This document shows positions 38,504-49,027 of a DNA stretch of 63,424 nt, piece after piece. This stretch comes from a virus. Its lineage: Duplodnaviria > Caudoviricetes. A program made the translations under genes and the position numbers. The DNA is taken from the IMG/VR virus record IMGVR_UViG_3300028025_001987, positions 1 through 63,424 of that record; one strand, written 5' to 3'. The notes below the pieces were generated by a model. The model was not told the origin of the DNA. It was given only the letters and a program-made list of their open reading frames with translations, and ran no database searches. Within the stretch, counting starts at the first letter, position 1, and each line of letters starts with the position of its first letter.

Positions 38504-41500
38504 ATGCCGGATTTAAAACAAGCGTTAAAAGATTTTGTAGCTACTTCTAATAGTGGTGTATATAAAGACGAGACCACTTTATTGTCTAAGTTCCCTGAGT
38601 TAAAGAGTTATGATATTAATGCATTAAAAGATTTTGTAGCTACCTCTAATAGCGGTGTATATACAAGTGAAGATGAGTTATTTTCTAAATTCCCTGAATT
38701 TGGAATTTCAAAAGAAGCCGAAGCATTAAAAAAAAAAGAGTCAATTACTACGGTATCACCTTTGGAAGATACTTTTTTGGCTTCGCAAAAACAACTTCCT
38801 AGCTTTGAGGTTAGTCCATTAAGAGCAGAGGCTCCTGTTAAAAAAGAAAAATTACTTAAAAATTTAGAAGCATTTGAACAGGCTACTGATAGAAATGCTT
38901 ATTTAGATAATATTGGTACAAGAGCATTATCAGGTGTTACTTCTTTCGATAAAATGGTTGCATCTATTCCTGAATCAATTATTAACGTAGCATCATTGCC
39001 TCAAAATGCATTAGCTTGGGCTACGGGTTGGGATATTGCGGCTAATGCTGACACATTTAAGAAAACATTAGGTATAAGCAATCCTATCTTAGATAAATTA
39101 AACGAAGAAGAAAAAAGACTTAGTGCTAAAACTGAAAAGTTTAATCAAGAAAGATATGAGAGTACAGGTATTGTAGATAATATACAAAAAGGAAATTATC
39201 AAGATGCATTTGAATTATTAGGAAGTAATATTATAGAATCTGCTCCTGTAAGTATAGCAATGATGGTTGGAGGAGCAACACTTGCTCCTACCGAATTGGC
39301 AGCAATTAGTACTGCTGCTTTTCTTGAGCAGAATAGAGAGCAGCTAGGAGAAGAAAATCCTGATATGCCTGAAGTAGAAAAGACAGTAAAAGCATTGGGA
39401 ATGGCTGCTGCAGAAACGGTATTTAGTGCTATTGGCACAGGTACAATTGGTCAAGTATATAAGGATATTATAAAAAAAGAAGGCGTAGAAGTAGGAAAGA
39501 ATATATTTAGAGATGGTTTAGTTGCTACATACAAAAGTGCATTAACTAAGTATGGTGTCCCAATAGGTCTTTTAGGAGAAGGTATAGAGGAAGCAGCTAC
39601 CCAAATTACTCAGAATGTACTTAGTGATAAATCCGCATTCCAAGGTGTTGCGGATGCATTTGTAACCGGAGCCGGAAGTGGCGTTGTATTTACTGCACCA
39701 ATTAGTGCAATAAAAGCTAGAGATAAAATAAAAGATTTTGTAGAAACTTCTCAATCTAAAAATGCAATAAAAACTGTATTAAAAGATAATGAGTTAACTC
39801 AAATTTATAATGTTCCTAAAGATAGCCCTATTACTTCTGAGCAAATAGAGATTGCTAATACCAATAAATCAAGAAATATATTGGTAAAAAATTTAGATAA
39901 AAAGGTAAAAAATGGCGAAATATCAGAAGATGACGCTAAACAATCAATATATGTATTTGATAAAATTCAACAAGTTTCAAATTCAGTAAAAGATTTAAAC
40001 GTAACTAATTCTGAAAAGGCAGAGATTGCTACTTTATTAAGCAAAAGAAATCAATTAACTACTGACATACAAAATAAAGACGATGTATTAGTAGTTAAAG
40101 AAAAACAAGAAATAGCAGATATTAATAAAAAAATTCAGGATATTATATTGGTTTCAAAACCACAACAAGTGGAAGAGGTTGCTGCTGAAACAAATTTAGG
40201 TCTTGAAAAAGAATTAAGAGAGGAATTTAATTATGATTATTATGAAGAAAACCTTAATAGCGAATTTGAGTGGCAAAGAGATTTTGCAAAAGAATTTTTA
40301 AATGACCCTAAAGCCGCTTTTGAAAAGAGTATTAAACTTTTTAAAGATGCACTACAACGAGAACCAAATAACCAATCTTACAAGGACTCATTAGATTATA
40401 ATGAAGAACGATTAAATAAGTGGAACGAAATAAATAATAAATATAAAACCGAACAAGATGCCATTCAAAAACAAATCACAGATGAAGGCTTGCTACGCAG
40501 CCAAGGACCCCAATTGGGATTGCAAAAAATGGGCGAAGGAAACCAAGGACTTGAAGTCGCTGCCACAGGGACCCAAGAAGTCGCTCCTACGCAACCGCAA
40601 CAAGAAATAGTAAAAGCAAAATTTGAAGGACCAATAACTCAAGAGTCATTAGAAACAATCCCTGAAAAAGATATTTCAGATGTGACTGAACAAATAAATA
40701 ATGGTCAAGCAAAATTAAATATAGACGCATTCCCTGCTACAGAATTAGGTACAGATAATAAAATCACAAATAACCAAAATGTATATTTATTACATTCGCA
40801 AGGTAAAGAGATTGGGATTTTAACTGTTAACAATGAAAAACTTGGTAACAGAGATGAAAGTTCAATAGCAGGTGTTGTTTTGCATCCTGACGTACAAGGA
40901 AAAGGAATCGGTAAAGAAATGTACCGATATGTAAATAATGATTTAATTGAAAATGGGAAACAGCCATTAAAATCAGATTACGATATAACTCCTGATGCAA
41001 TTAATGTATGGAAGAGTTTGGTTAAATCAGGAGAAGCAACTCAAATTGGAGTCTCTGAAAAAAATAATGTTCCTTTATTTCAAATGAACAAACCTTCTGT
41101 TGAGTTGGTGTCTTTAAAGACACAAGCACCTAAGTTTGTTAGAGACATCTCTGCTCTTATCACTCCGGCTACAGTGCGTGGATTCAGTCCACTTACTGAA
41201 AGGATTAAGAAGTTGTCGTTGAACTATGACAAACTTGTTAAGCAATACGCTAAAAAGAAAGACCCTAAAGTTCTTGCTAAAATAAAAACTGCGGAGGCTC
41301 AAATATTAAATGATGCCAAGCAGGAGATTATTGATGCAGTAGCAAATATTGATGGTGTATCTGTTCAGTTTAAAGATACCAAGCGTGGCTTATGGGATAA
41401 GAAATTTGAACCATCGTTCAATATGACCTTGTCAGTTAGTCCACAGGCGGATACTAAAAAGGTAAGCGACTTACTATTTGACTTTGCAGAGAAGTATTCT

Positions 41501-44500
41501 CAAGACGCATTTATATTAGAAACTAATTCTGACCTTGAAGATGATGTTATAAATAAGGGCAGAGAAATGCCTCTTACAGAATTTGATGAAAATAATTTAA
41601 TGAATTATCCGCAAATTATTTATACATTTGCTGAACCAATAACTGACGAGCAAGTAGCAGACCTATCTGTAGCGTTAGAAAGTGAAGGTATTGATGCATT
41701 TAATATCAATAATAATGAACTTCAGGTATCAGTAATTAAATTTCTTTCACAAGACGAACAAAACAATTTAACCAATGATGAACAATATCAAGAACGCACA
41801 AGAGACTTCGACTCAAAAACAATCGCAATCGCAAAAGCCACGTCTGACGTACTCGGAAGCGATGGCAAGGGTGCAAGCAGCATTCGCATCAAAAAATCTT
41901 CTTACCAAGGAGCAACCAATGAAGGAAGTGCAGACCAAACAAGACAATTCAATAGGAGTGACGTTTTTAAAGCGTTCAAAGAGTCAACCACAAAAGTAGA
42001 AACACTTGCAGTTGAACTTGCTGACTTACGCCAAAAAGAAATAGACCTACAAAAAGAAGGAAAAAAATTATCTACTGAAGACCAAACTCGATTTAACGAG
42101 TTAGTTAAAAAAGTACAGCCTGTAGTACAGCGTACATTTGAAGCAAATAAAAAACTTTATGAAGATGCTAAGACTGAGGTAGAAGGTATCGCACAAGATG
42201 CCATCTCTCAAGTTGACGCATCCATATCTCCATTCCCAATTAAACGTGCCGAGCGTGCATCTGTTAAAGCTATCAGATGGTATAATGCATTCACCGAAAA
42301 ACTTGGTGATGGTTCACGTGTAAATATCGTAGTAGATACTGACGCTAATGCTGATAAAGTATTTAAAATTATTGACGAGAAGTATCCGGGGGATACAGAA
42401 GTAAGAAGAATCACGGAGACTACAGAATTGGGTTACCCAAAAAGACTTATTGAAATTCGTACATCTAATGGTACGCTTGCAGAAATTCAAGTGATTACCA
42501 ATGAAGCCTATTTGGCTAAGGATGGCATCAAAGGATTTACCGGAGATGAAAAGCAAAAAGCTACAGCTAAACAAAAGTTAGATGAAGTACGTGCTCGTCT
42601 TGGATGGAATATACCTGATGGACTTGGTCATTATTTCTACGAGATTCAAAGAGATACCAATGTAGATGATACTTTAAGAGATGAGGCTGCAAGATTAAGC
42701 GACCTATATTATGATGCATTTACTAATCCAAAGTCTACACTTACTGAGTCTTTTATGAATGATGTAAATACATTTAAAAATAATGTAGATGCTGCTGATA
42801 AATCACAATGGGATGTAGGAAACAATGGTAAGGCTCCACAATCTTTAATAGATTATAAACCTGTTCAGGCTGAAGCTGCACTTATGATAGAAGAAGAGCA
42901 GTTTATTCCTATGAAAGCATCTGAGGTTAAGAATGATGCGTTTACCAAAGACAATGCAATAGACTATATTGAAGATGAAAAAGATACTGATAGCGGAAGA
43001 ACTGTAACATATATCTCATCACTTACCGTTGAAGCACGTAATATAGATGGTGAACCTATTGGAACAATAACAAAACTTACCGATGAAGATAAAATATTCT
43101 CATTTACTGCAACAGATATTGATGGTAATGAGATTAATTTTGATGGATTTGAGACATTAGGAGAAGTAAAACAAGCACTTGCTGACAAGAACAATAAGAT
43201 TCAGAAGAAAGAATTTGATAAAGAGCAAAAGAAAAGGGCTAAAGAAAAAGCTAAAGTTGAGGCTAAAAAAGCTAAAGCTAAAGCAAAAGCTAAGCCTACA
43301 GTAGAAGAGCAAGTAACGGGTGCATTAGATGACTTACTTGCATTAGACCCTAACGATAAGACTACATTAAAGAAAATCTCAAATAGCCTTGACCAAGTGA
43401 TTAAGGATATTGATAAGTTTGAGAAAGAAAATCTTGGTGTAAATATAGCATTGCCTGTAATGAAGACCATCCTTAAAGCAATCAAGGCATTGGTTGACGC
43501 AGGTGTTGTATTACAAGATGCAATTAAAAGAGTTGCTAAAGACAACAATGTAAATAGCCGTGATGTAATTGATGGTATCAATGCTATTAGTCAAATTGCT
43601 CCTATTCAATCGCAGTATGATGCATTAATGGCAAAGGCTGATGATTTAATTGCACGTCAAAAATTAAGAAATATAGCTGATGCTAAAATAGTATCTAACT
43701 TAGATACGTTTATTAGAAATTCAGATATTTACAAAGAGAGTAATGATGCACAGAAGAAAATAATGGAGCGTGAGGCTAGACTTAAAATGGGAGTTGGTGC
43801 TAAGCGTGCGGTGTCAATTGGACGTGTGCTTGGTGCATTAAAAGATATTACCAATATATCGAGAGAAGAAAAGATGCTTGTCATCAAGCAAATTAGAGAC
43901 TTATCAAGAGATGCAGCTAAGGAATTGGCTAAGGATATTAGAGAGATGGCATCAAAAGGAAAGATTACATCAATCCAAGCAGCTAATATTGTATCAAGAT
44001 TTGGCAAGGTAAATATGCTTAATGAGATTTCAGTGTCAAACTTTGTTGACTATATGGCTAAGGTATTTGCAAACGCAGAGTATGCTGATAAGATTGATGT
44101 GGCTAAGAGTAAGTTGAAGATGGCTAAGAAAAACATTGTTACCAAGATTGGTATTGCTGATGGGTTGGTTGGAAAATTAAATCAATTATTTTCTATGAAT
44201 CCAACACTTATACCTAATGAATATCTTGGTCGTTACTTAGAATTAGTTGATATGTTTGGTGCAAGACAAGCAGTGCTTACACTTGACGAGAAGTCTGCAG
44301 TGACTAAAGATGTTCAAGCAATTCTTGATGAGATTGACAACGAGCAGTCAAAAGCTGACGAGTTAGCTGATAGATTTAATGCTTCTGAGAATAAAGTATT
44401 TAAAGATGACGAATTAGATTACGCAGCATCAATTAAAAAAATGCTTGACGGGAAAGAGATTGACGAGAAGGAAGCAGAGACTATGCGTAAATATAAAGAG

Positions 44501-47413
44501 GACATTGCTCCTCAAGTTGAAGAGACTGAACTTACTGAAGATGAATTAGCGGCAGAAAGAAAAGAATTAACAGATGCAGTAAAAAAATCGACCATTGATG
44601 GCTCCGGTCTTTCTACTAAATATGAAAGAGATACGGTTAAAGAATTAACTAGACTTATTAGAACTGACGCAGTAGATAGTTTAACTAATACTGAATTAAA
44701 AAATTTACTTAAAGTTATTGACAACATTAACAACAACTACTTACCTCACTACGGAGAGATAATGCTAGAGAAGTTAGATGGACTTAATACTGACAAGGTT
44801 TTAACTAAAGCTGTTGAGCAGAGCAAGATGTATAAGTTCTCTGAATTATATTCAAAAGCAAAAGCTGCTGTTGCGATGCAAGGAAGAACAGGTGTTTTAG
44901 AAATGGTTAGAAGAAACCCTTTATTTTATATTGACCAATTATTTGGGAATTTTAAAACAAAAGAAATATTTAATTCGTTATTTAATGAACCTGCAAAAGC
45001 CGTTGCTGTATTTAAAACTCAATTAAATAGAGTTCAAAACATTTTAGAAAAGGCTGAAGAAAAGGTGGCTAAGTCATTTGGACTTGAACCTAATGCAGTA
45101 ACTATGTCTAAATTTAAGATGATGACTTATATGGTTCAACTTGAATTTGAATCTAACAAAGGGAATAAAGAAGTTAATCCCGCATCTGATTATTTAAAAG
45201 CTACTATAAAGCATATTGATGCAGGAAAGTCTCGATTTGGAGAACGTGATGCTGATATGTTACAACAAATACTTAAAGATTTTGCTCCTGATGGCAACAT
45301 TGATAACGAAAAACTTTACAACTCATTTAATCAAGCTGAGAAAGATGCCATTAAAGACATTCGTGGTATAAACGAATCACTAAGAGAGAAGGCTGAATTT
45401 ACTGCAGCGATTATTCGTGGCGATAGGATTGACCCATTGAATAACTATGTGCACTTAAATGTATTACACGAGTATCAGCCAAACGATTTAACATCGGGCA
45501 GTGCGTTTGTAACTGAGTACAATAATGCAATGAGACCATCTACTAAAGCAAAGTCTTTGATAGCGAGAACAGGTAAGGTATCCCCATTAAACTTTGACAT
45601 ATTTGCAAGTGCTCAGCGTGGTGCCAAATTTGTCTTGATGGATTTCAACTTAACAAAACCAATACGTACATCTCGTAAAACAATCAGCGGCACTATTGCT
45701 AATTTAGAAAGTAAAGGAAGAATACCTAAAGAACAAAGACAAATAATAAATGCTATTAATGCTGCGTTTGAAGAGTCTATTGAAACGTTATTGACAAATA
45801 CATTCACTCAAGATTCAGCATTAGATATAGCTATTGATTACATAAGCAAACAAGGATACCGTGCAGTACTTGCGGGTACAAATAGGTTTACATCTGAGTT
45901 AACATCAAACATAGGATTTGCTGTAATTAGTGACCCTAAGGCTCTCATTACAGGTATAAAATACAGAGGTGTTATTATGTCTTCTGATGCTCCTATGATA
46001 ATGGAGAATTTAAAAAGCAAGCAAACTAATAGAGTTTTTCCTACAGATACATTATCAGGAAGATTAGTTGATACATCAATATTAAGTCAAGCAAGTGGTA
46101 TTAAAGGTGCTGTATCAAAAAATCCTGTTAAAAATAAAATTCAACAAATTTGGAACAGGTCAGGAAAAAAATATGTTAATGCAATTGAACTTCAAGCTGA
46201 TGCTTTGATTTCAACTCCTGATAAACTTACAATGAGACCTATGTGGTTTGGCTCCTTTGCAAATCAATTTGAAAATATCACAGGCAATGAAGTAGACTTT
46301 AAAAAAATTGCAGAGAATGATGAGACATATATGGAAGCCAATAAGGAGGCTCTTGATAAAGCTACTCAACTTGCAGACGAAAGGTCTGTAATGGTGGGAG
46401 CCACAGACAATCCATTTATGGGTATTTTAAAAGGAAACATAAAGCCTGACCAAAAACTTGCGTTAAGAGCATTTAATAACTTCAATAACTTTATGACAAA
46501 GTTCTTGATATTTGAATATGTTACAGCACGTACAGCTATTATGGCAGCTATTGGTAATGGGTCATTAACTAAAAAACAAGGAGGTGCAGTTCTTGGAGCA
46601 GTTGCTACACGTATGGTAGTATATGGATTAATTCTTCAAATGATGGGCACAGGTCTTATGGGATTATTCTTTGATGATGATGAGCCTGAAACAGAAAAGT
46701 CGTTTATGCAAAAACTTGGTCAAGCATTCGCTTCTGCATTTAGTTCGTTATTAATTGGAAGAGATTTTGGAAATGCTGTTAAGACTGTATTAAACTATGG
46801 TATAGAAGAAGCAAATGAAAAGTACCTTGACTTCTTAAGAGAGGGAGAATACGACCCGTATAAAGATGGCATTGCTTACACATTAATACCAAGAGATGAT
46901 AGTAAACAAACAGACTTAGGTAAGCTACTTATGAATATGGGAGGTGCTTATACACCTGCATTAAATACGGCTGCATTTATTGTTAAAAAGGCAACAGAAA
47001 AACCAAAAGTAAAAGAGGATGCTATTGCAAGAAGAGAGAAAGAGATTAAGATAAGGATTCCTCTTGAGGTATTGGGTAACGCAGGTCTTATTCCTTTATA
47101 CAAAGATATCCGTAAGGCTGTAATGAAAGATATGTATAAAGACCTTGAGAATGCTGATAAGACTAAGGGAGATAAAAAGAAAGCTGAGGCTGAAAAACTT
47201 CAAGGATTTAAGAACCAAGAAGATATGAAGCGTTACGATTACGAACTTTGGTATAGAACATTCGGACCTGACGCTGTTGACTTTGATGCAAAGCAAGCAG
47301 AAAAATTGATTAAGAAAACAAAGGATAGCTTGGAGAGAGCAATGAAAGATGATATGTACGACTACACTCCAAAACCTAAAAATAGTAAAGAAGGACTAGA
47401 GAAACTATATTAA
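38504..47413 (+). CDS. giant multidomain (polyvalent) ejection protein with GNAT and RelA/SpoT-like domains
   Basis: 2969 aa; EG.EEAATQ Gly/Ala segment; VLHPDVQGKGIG GNAT motif A; K..ER...K...D..R...GY...NG..AEIQ...H..YE..R nucleotidyltransferase pattern. Confidence 0.75.
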   Translation: MPDLKQALKDFVATSNSGVYKDETTLLSKFPELKSYDINALKDFVATSNSGVYTSEDELFSKFPEFGISKEAEALKKKESITTVSPLEDTFLASQKQLPSFEVSPLRAEAPVKKEKLLKNLEAFEQATDRNAYLDNIGTRALSGVTSFDKMVASIPESIINVASLPQNALAWATGWDIAANADTFKKTLGISNPILDKLNEEEKRLSAKTEKFNQERYESTGIVDNIQKGNYQDAFELLGSNIIESAPVSIAMMVGGATLAPTELAAISTAAFLEQNREQLGEENPDMPEVEKTVKALGMAAAETVFSAIGTGTIGQVYKDIIKKEGVEVGKNIFRDGLVATYKSALTKYGVPIGLLGEGIEEAATQITQNVLSDKSAFQGVADAFVTGAGSGVVFTAPISAIKARDKIKDFVETSQSKNAIKTVLKDNELTQIYNVPKDSPITSEQIEIANTNKSRNILVKNLDKKVKNGEISEDDAKQSIYVFDKIQQVSNSVKDLNVTNSEKAEIATLLSKRNQLTTDIQNKDDVLVVKEKQEIADINKKIQDIILVSKPQQVEEVAAETNLGLEKELREEFNYDYYEENLNSEFEWQRDFAKEFLNDPKAAFEKSIKLFKDALQREPNNQSYKDSLDYNEERLNKWNEINNKYKTEQDAIQKQITDEGLLRSQGPQLGLQKMGEGNQGLEVAATGTQEVAPTQPQQEIVKAKFEGPITQESLETIPEKDISDVTEQINNGQAKLNIDAFPATELGTDNKITNNQNVYLLHSQGKEIGILTVNNEKLGNRDESSIAGVVLHPDVQGKGIGKEMYRYVNNDLIENGKQPLKSDYDITPDAINVWKSLVKSGEATQIGVSEKNNVPLFQMNKPSVELVSLKTQAPKFVRDISALITPATVRGFSPLTERIKKLSLNYDKLVKQYAKKKDPKVLAKIKTAEAQILNDAKQEIIDAVANIDGVSVQFKDTKRGLWDKKFEPSFNMTLSVSPQADTKKVSDLLFDFAEKYSQDAFILETNSDLEDDVINKGREMPLTEFDENNLMNYPQIIYTFAEPITDEQVADLSVALESEGIDAFNINNNELQVSVIKFLSQDEQNNLTNDEQYQERTRDFDSKTIAIAKATSDVLGSDGKGASSIRIKKSSYQGATNEGSADQTRQFNRSDVFKAFKESTTKVETLAVELADLRQKEIDLQKEGKKLSTEDQTRFNELVKKVQPVVQRTFEANKKLYEDAKTEVEGIAQDAISQVDASISPFPIKRAERASVKAIRWYNAFTEKLGDGSRVNIVVDTDANADKVFKIIDEKYPGDTEVRRITETTELGYPKRLIEIRTSNGTLAEIQVITNEAYLAKDGIKGFTGDEKQKATAKQKLDEVRARLGWNIPDGLGHYFYEIQRDTNVDDTLRDEAARLSDLYYDAFTNPKSTLTESFMNDVNTFKNNVDAADKSQWDVGNNGKAPQSLIDYKPVQAEAALMIEEEQFIPMKASEVKNDAFTKDNAIDYIEDEKDTDSGRTVTYISSLTVEARNIDGEPIGTITKLTDEDKIFSFTATDIDGNEINFDGFETLGEVKQALADKNNKIQKKEFDKEQKKRAKEKAKVEAKKAKAKAKAKPTVEEQVTGALDDLLALDPNDKTTLKKISNSLDQVIKDIDKFEKENLGVNIALPVMKTILKAIKALVDAGVVLQDAIKRVAKDNNVNSRDVIDGINAISQIAPIQSQYDALMAKADDLIARQKLRNIADAKIVSNLDTFIRNSDIYKESNDAQKKIMEREARLKMGVGAKRAVSIGRVLGALKDITNISREEKMLVIKQIRDLSRDAAKELAKDIREMASKGKITSIQAANIVSRFGKVNMLNEISVSNFVDYMAKVFANAEYADKIDVAKSKLKMAKKNIVTKIGIADGLVGKLNQLFSMNPTLIPNEYLGRYLELVDMFGARQAVLTLDEKSAVTKDVQAILDEIDNEQSKADELADRFNASENKVFKDDELDYAASIKKMLDGKEIDEKEAETMRKYKEDIAPQVEETELTEDELAAERKELTDAVKKSTIDGSGLSTKYERDTVKELTRLIRTDAVDSLTNTELKNLLKVIDNINNNYLPHYGEIMLEKLDGLNTDKVLTKAVEQSKMYKFSELYSKAKAAVAMQGRTGVLEMVRRNPLFYIDQLFGNFKTKEIFNSLFNEPAKAVAVFKTQLNRVQNILEKAEEKVAKSFGLEPNAVTMSKFKMMTYMVQLEFESNKGNKEVNPASDYLKATIKHIDAGKSRFGERDADMLQQILKDFAPDGNIDNEKLYNSFNQAEKDAIKDIRGINESLREKAEFTAAIIRGDRIDPLNNYVHLNVLHEYQPNDLTSGSAFVTEYNNAMRPSTKAKSLIARTGKVSPLNFDIFASAQRGAKFVLMDFNLTKPIRTSRKTISGTIANLESKGRIPKEQRQIINAINAAFEESIETLLTNTFTQDSALDIAIDYISKQGYRAVLAGTNRFTSELTSNIGFAVISDPKALITGIKYRGVIMSSDAPMIMENLKSKQTNRVFPTDTLSGRLVDTSILSQASGIKGAVSKNPVKNKIQQIWNRSGKKYVNAIELQADALISTPDKLTMRPMWFGSFANQFENITGNEVDFKKIAENDETYMEANKEALDKATQLADERSVMVGATDNPFMGILKGNIKPDQKLALRAFNNFNNFMTKFLIFEYVTARTAIMAAIGNGSLTKKQGGAVLGAVATRMVVYGLILQMMGTGLMGLFFDDDEPETEKSFMQKLGQAFASAFSSLLIGRDFGNAVKTVLNYGIEEANEKYLDFLREGEYDPYKDGIAYTLIPRDDSKQTDLGKLLMNMGGAYTPALNTAAFIVKKATEKPKVKEDAIARREKEIKIRIPLEVLGNAGLIPLYKDIRKAVMKDMYKDLENADKTKGDKKKAEAEKLQGFKNQEDMKRYDYELWYRTFGPDAVDFDAKQAEKLIKKTKDSLERAMKDDMYDYTPKPKNSKEGLEKLY
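38521..38700 (+). repeat. tandem N-terminal repeat in the giant protein
   Basis: ALKDFVATSNSGVY....L.SKFPE twice. Confidence 0.85.
40458..40610 (+). CDS. nested +1-frame small protein (MPFK..Q...W type)
   Basis: MPFKNKSQMKACYAAKDPNWDCKKWAKETKDLKSLPQGPKKSLLRNRNKK; A-rich leader; local GC rise. Confidence 0.55.
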   Translation: MPFKNKSQMKACYAAKDPNWDCKKWAKETKDLKSLPQGPKKSLLRNRNKK

Positions 47414-47424
47414 ATATAAAATGT

Positions 47425-47586
47425 ATGAAAGGAAGTTCAAAAATGATTAAGAGAGCCGATGGCTCTATATCAAAGCGGGGTCTTTGGGATAACATTCGTG
47501 CTAACGCAGGTAGTGGGAAGAAGCCTACTCCTGCAATGCTTAAGCAAGAAAGAATTATAAAAAAGAAGGACGCTAAACGTACCTAA
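47425..47586 (+). CDS. small basic protein (not in ORF track)
   Basis: MKGSSKMIKRADGS.SKRGLWDNIRANAGSGKKPT.AMLKQ, 53 aa. Confidence 0.6.
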   Translation: MKGSSKMIKRADGSISKRGLWDNIRANAGSGKKPTPAMLKQERIIKKKDAKRT

Positions 47587-47986
47587 TATATTTTAGTTCT
47601 TTCTGCTTGTCATAGTAGACCATCATCTCAGCATCATTAACCGCACCGTCACGGGGAGGGCGACCTCCCCATTTAATTTCTCCTTGCAGTTTATTGGCTT
47701 TGCCATAGATGATACCATCTTCGCACGCCCATATAAGTACAGGTGCTATACGCTTGTCAATTAACTTGACTAATTTTTTTGCTGAAATAGGCAGCGGATA
47801 TGCTGCACGCATAGTTCTGATACGACCTTTAACTTCTGCATAAGCTATTAGACTCTTCTCTTTATCAAAAACTTTATAGTCTATATCGTGCGGGTCTAAC
47901 TTCTTAAACGACCCACCAAATATGCTGACGAATAGTTCAATTGCTTTTTTCTCCCTGATTAAGTCCGTCTCTGTTTCAAAAGTCAT
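47573..47986 (-). CDS. PD-(D/E)xK nuclease-like protein
   Basis: IDY...YAEVKGR. Confidence 0.6.
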   Translation of the reverse strand: MTFETETDLIREKKAIELFVSIFGGSFKKLDPHDIDYKVFDKEKSLIAYAEVKGRIRTMRAAYPLPISAKKLVKLIDKRIAPVLIWACEDGIIYGKANKLQGEIKWGGRPPRDGAVNDAEMMVYYDKQKELKYIRYV

Positions 47987-48170
47987 CGTCTTCTATTGAT
48001 TTTAATATCAGTCGTAGGTCTACAATTAAATTTCTTATATCTCTTTCTGCAGGGATAAACTCCCTATCTACTAAATTTTCATATATATTATTCAATAGCG
48101 AGTGCTGTTCAAGTATCCTAAAACAGATACGTTGTGCTCGTGAATTTTCGCTATTAACATTATCTTCCAT
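47976..48170 (-). CDS. hypothetical protein
   Basis: 64-aa ORF in operon. Confidence 0.5.
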   Translation of the reverse strand: MEDNVNSENSRAQRICFRILEQHSLLNNIYENLVDREFIPAERDIRNLIVDLRLILKSIEDDDF

Positions 48171-48188
48171 ATTCCAAAATTAGTATTT

Positions 48189-48392
48189 TTAGTCAATATC
48201 TACATCTAAATTAGGTTTGATGATTAATTCATAGCAATCTATACCATTCAACCTGATTTCAGACATCCATATTTTGTACATCCTTTTCCTATCATATGTA
48301 TCAGTGTAACGATATTCTCTTATTAAGTTGTCATTTTTGAATAACTGCATTGCCCCCTTTCCTTTGTACCACTTTTCGTTTTTCTTTTTCAT
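48189..48392 (-). CDS. hypothetical protein
   Basis: 67-aa ORF with AATCAAATCAAATG start. Confidence 0.55.
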   Translation of the reverse strand: MKKKNEKWYKGKGAMQLFKNDNLIREYRYTDTYDRKRMYKIWMSEIRLNGIDCYELIIKPNLDVDID

Positions 48393-48642
48393 TTGATTTG
48401 ATTTCTTCTCTAAACACTTCCACCTTCACTCCGTGGTTTTGTAGTTCTTTTAATCGGTACTCCTGAAGTTTAGATAGCTTACCGTTTGTGGCTTTGACCT
48501 CAATGAATATTACGTCACTGTCCCTTGGTATGGCAAGCAAGTCAGGTATCCCGTTCTTGTTTGTCATTGTAAGTTTAATGACATAGTACCCCTGAGCCTC
48601 TAACTCTTTAATTTTCTTGGCTTGGACTTGTTGTTCTTTCAT
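48331..48642 (-). CDS. VRR-NUC / Holliday junction resolvase-like nuclease
   Basis: GIPDLL...FIEVK...GKLSKLQ. Confidence 0.85.
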   Translation of the reverse strand: MKEQQVQAKKIKELEAQGYYVIKLTMTNKNGIPDLLAIPRDSDVIFIEVKATNGKLSKLQEYRLKELQNHGVKVEVFREEIKSNEKEKRKVVQRKGGNAVIQK

Positions 48643-48934
48643 TCGTTTGTTTTAATAACTCTTTTATAGAAAGGCTTACGTGTGTACATTCCTCAATAAA
48701 GTCAATCAATTTACCAATGTCTTCATTGCTAAATGCAAACCTGTTTGCCAAAAAGAACTCATAAGGCATACAGCTTTCGTCCAAGTCAATCTCATCCAAC
48801 TGCACTGCCAAAGTTTTCTGTGGGAGAACTACCAATGTAAATATCACTGTGTACTCTTGACCTTCTTTAATCCATTTGTTCTGTGGTATTTTGCTCGGAC
48901 GATTCTTGTCGTTGATGCAGATACATTTTACCAT
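48608..48934 (-). CDS. conserved phage hypothetical protein
   Basis: VKCICINDKNRP...EGQEYTV...F.A.RF. Confidence 0.6.
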   Translation of the reverse strand: MVKCICINDKNRPSKIPQNKWIKEGQEYTVIFTLVVLPQKTLAVQLDEIDLDESCMPYEFFLANRFAFSNEDIGKLIDFIEECTHVSLSIKELLKQTNERTTSPSQEN

Positions 48935-49027
48935 TTTCAATTAGTGTTTGTTTGTTTGCTAATAACCAATCAATAAAGTCATTTTGATTGAGTGTTTCTA
49001 ATGCTTTAAATATTTTTTCTATTGGCG

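Noticed and set aside
1080-47296. Many antisense ORFs within long + strand genes (and + strand ORFs within the - strand arm)
   Set aside because: Shadow ORFs from codon bias; no recognisable motifs or leaders
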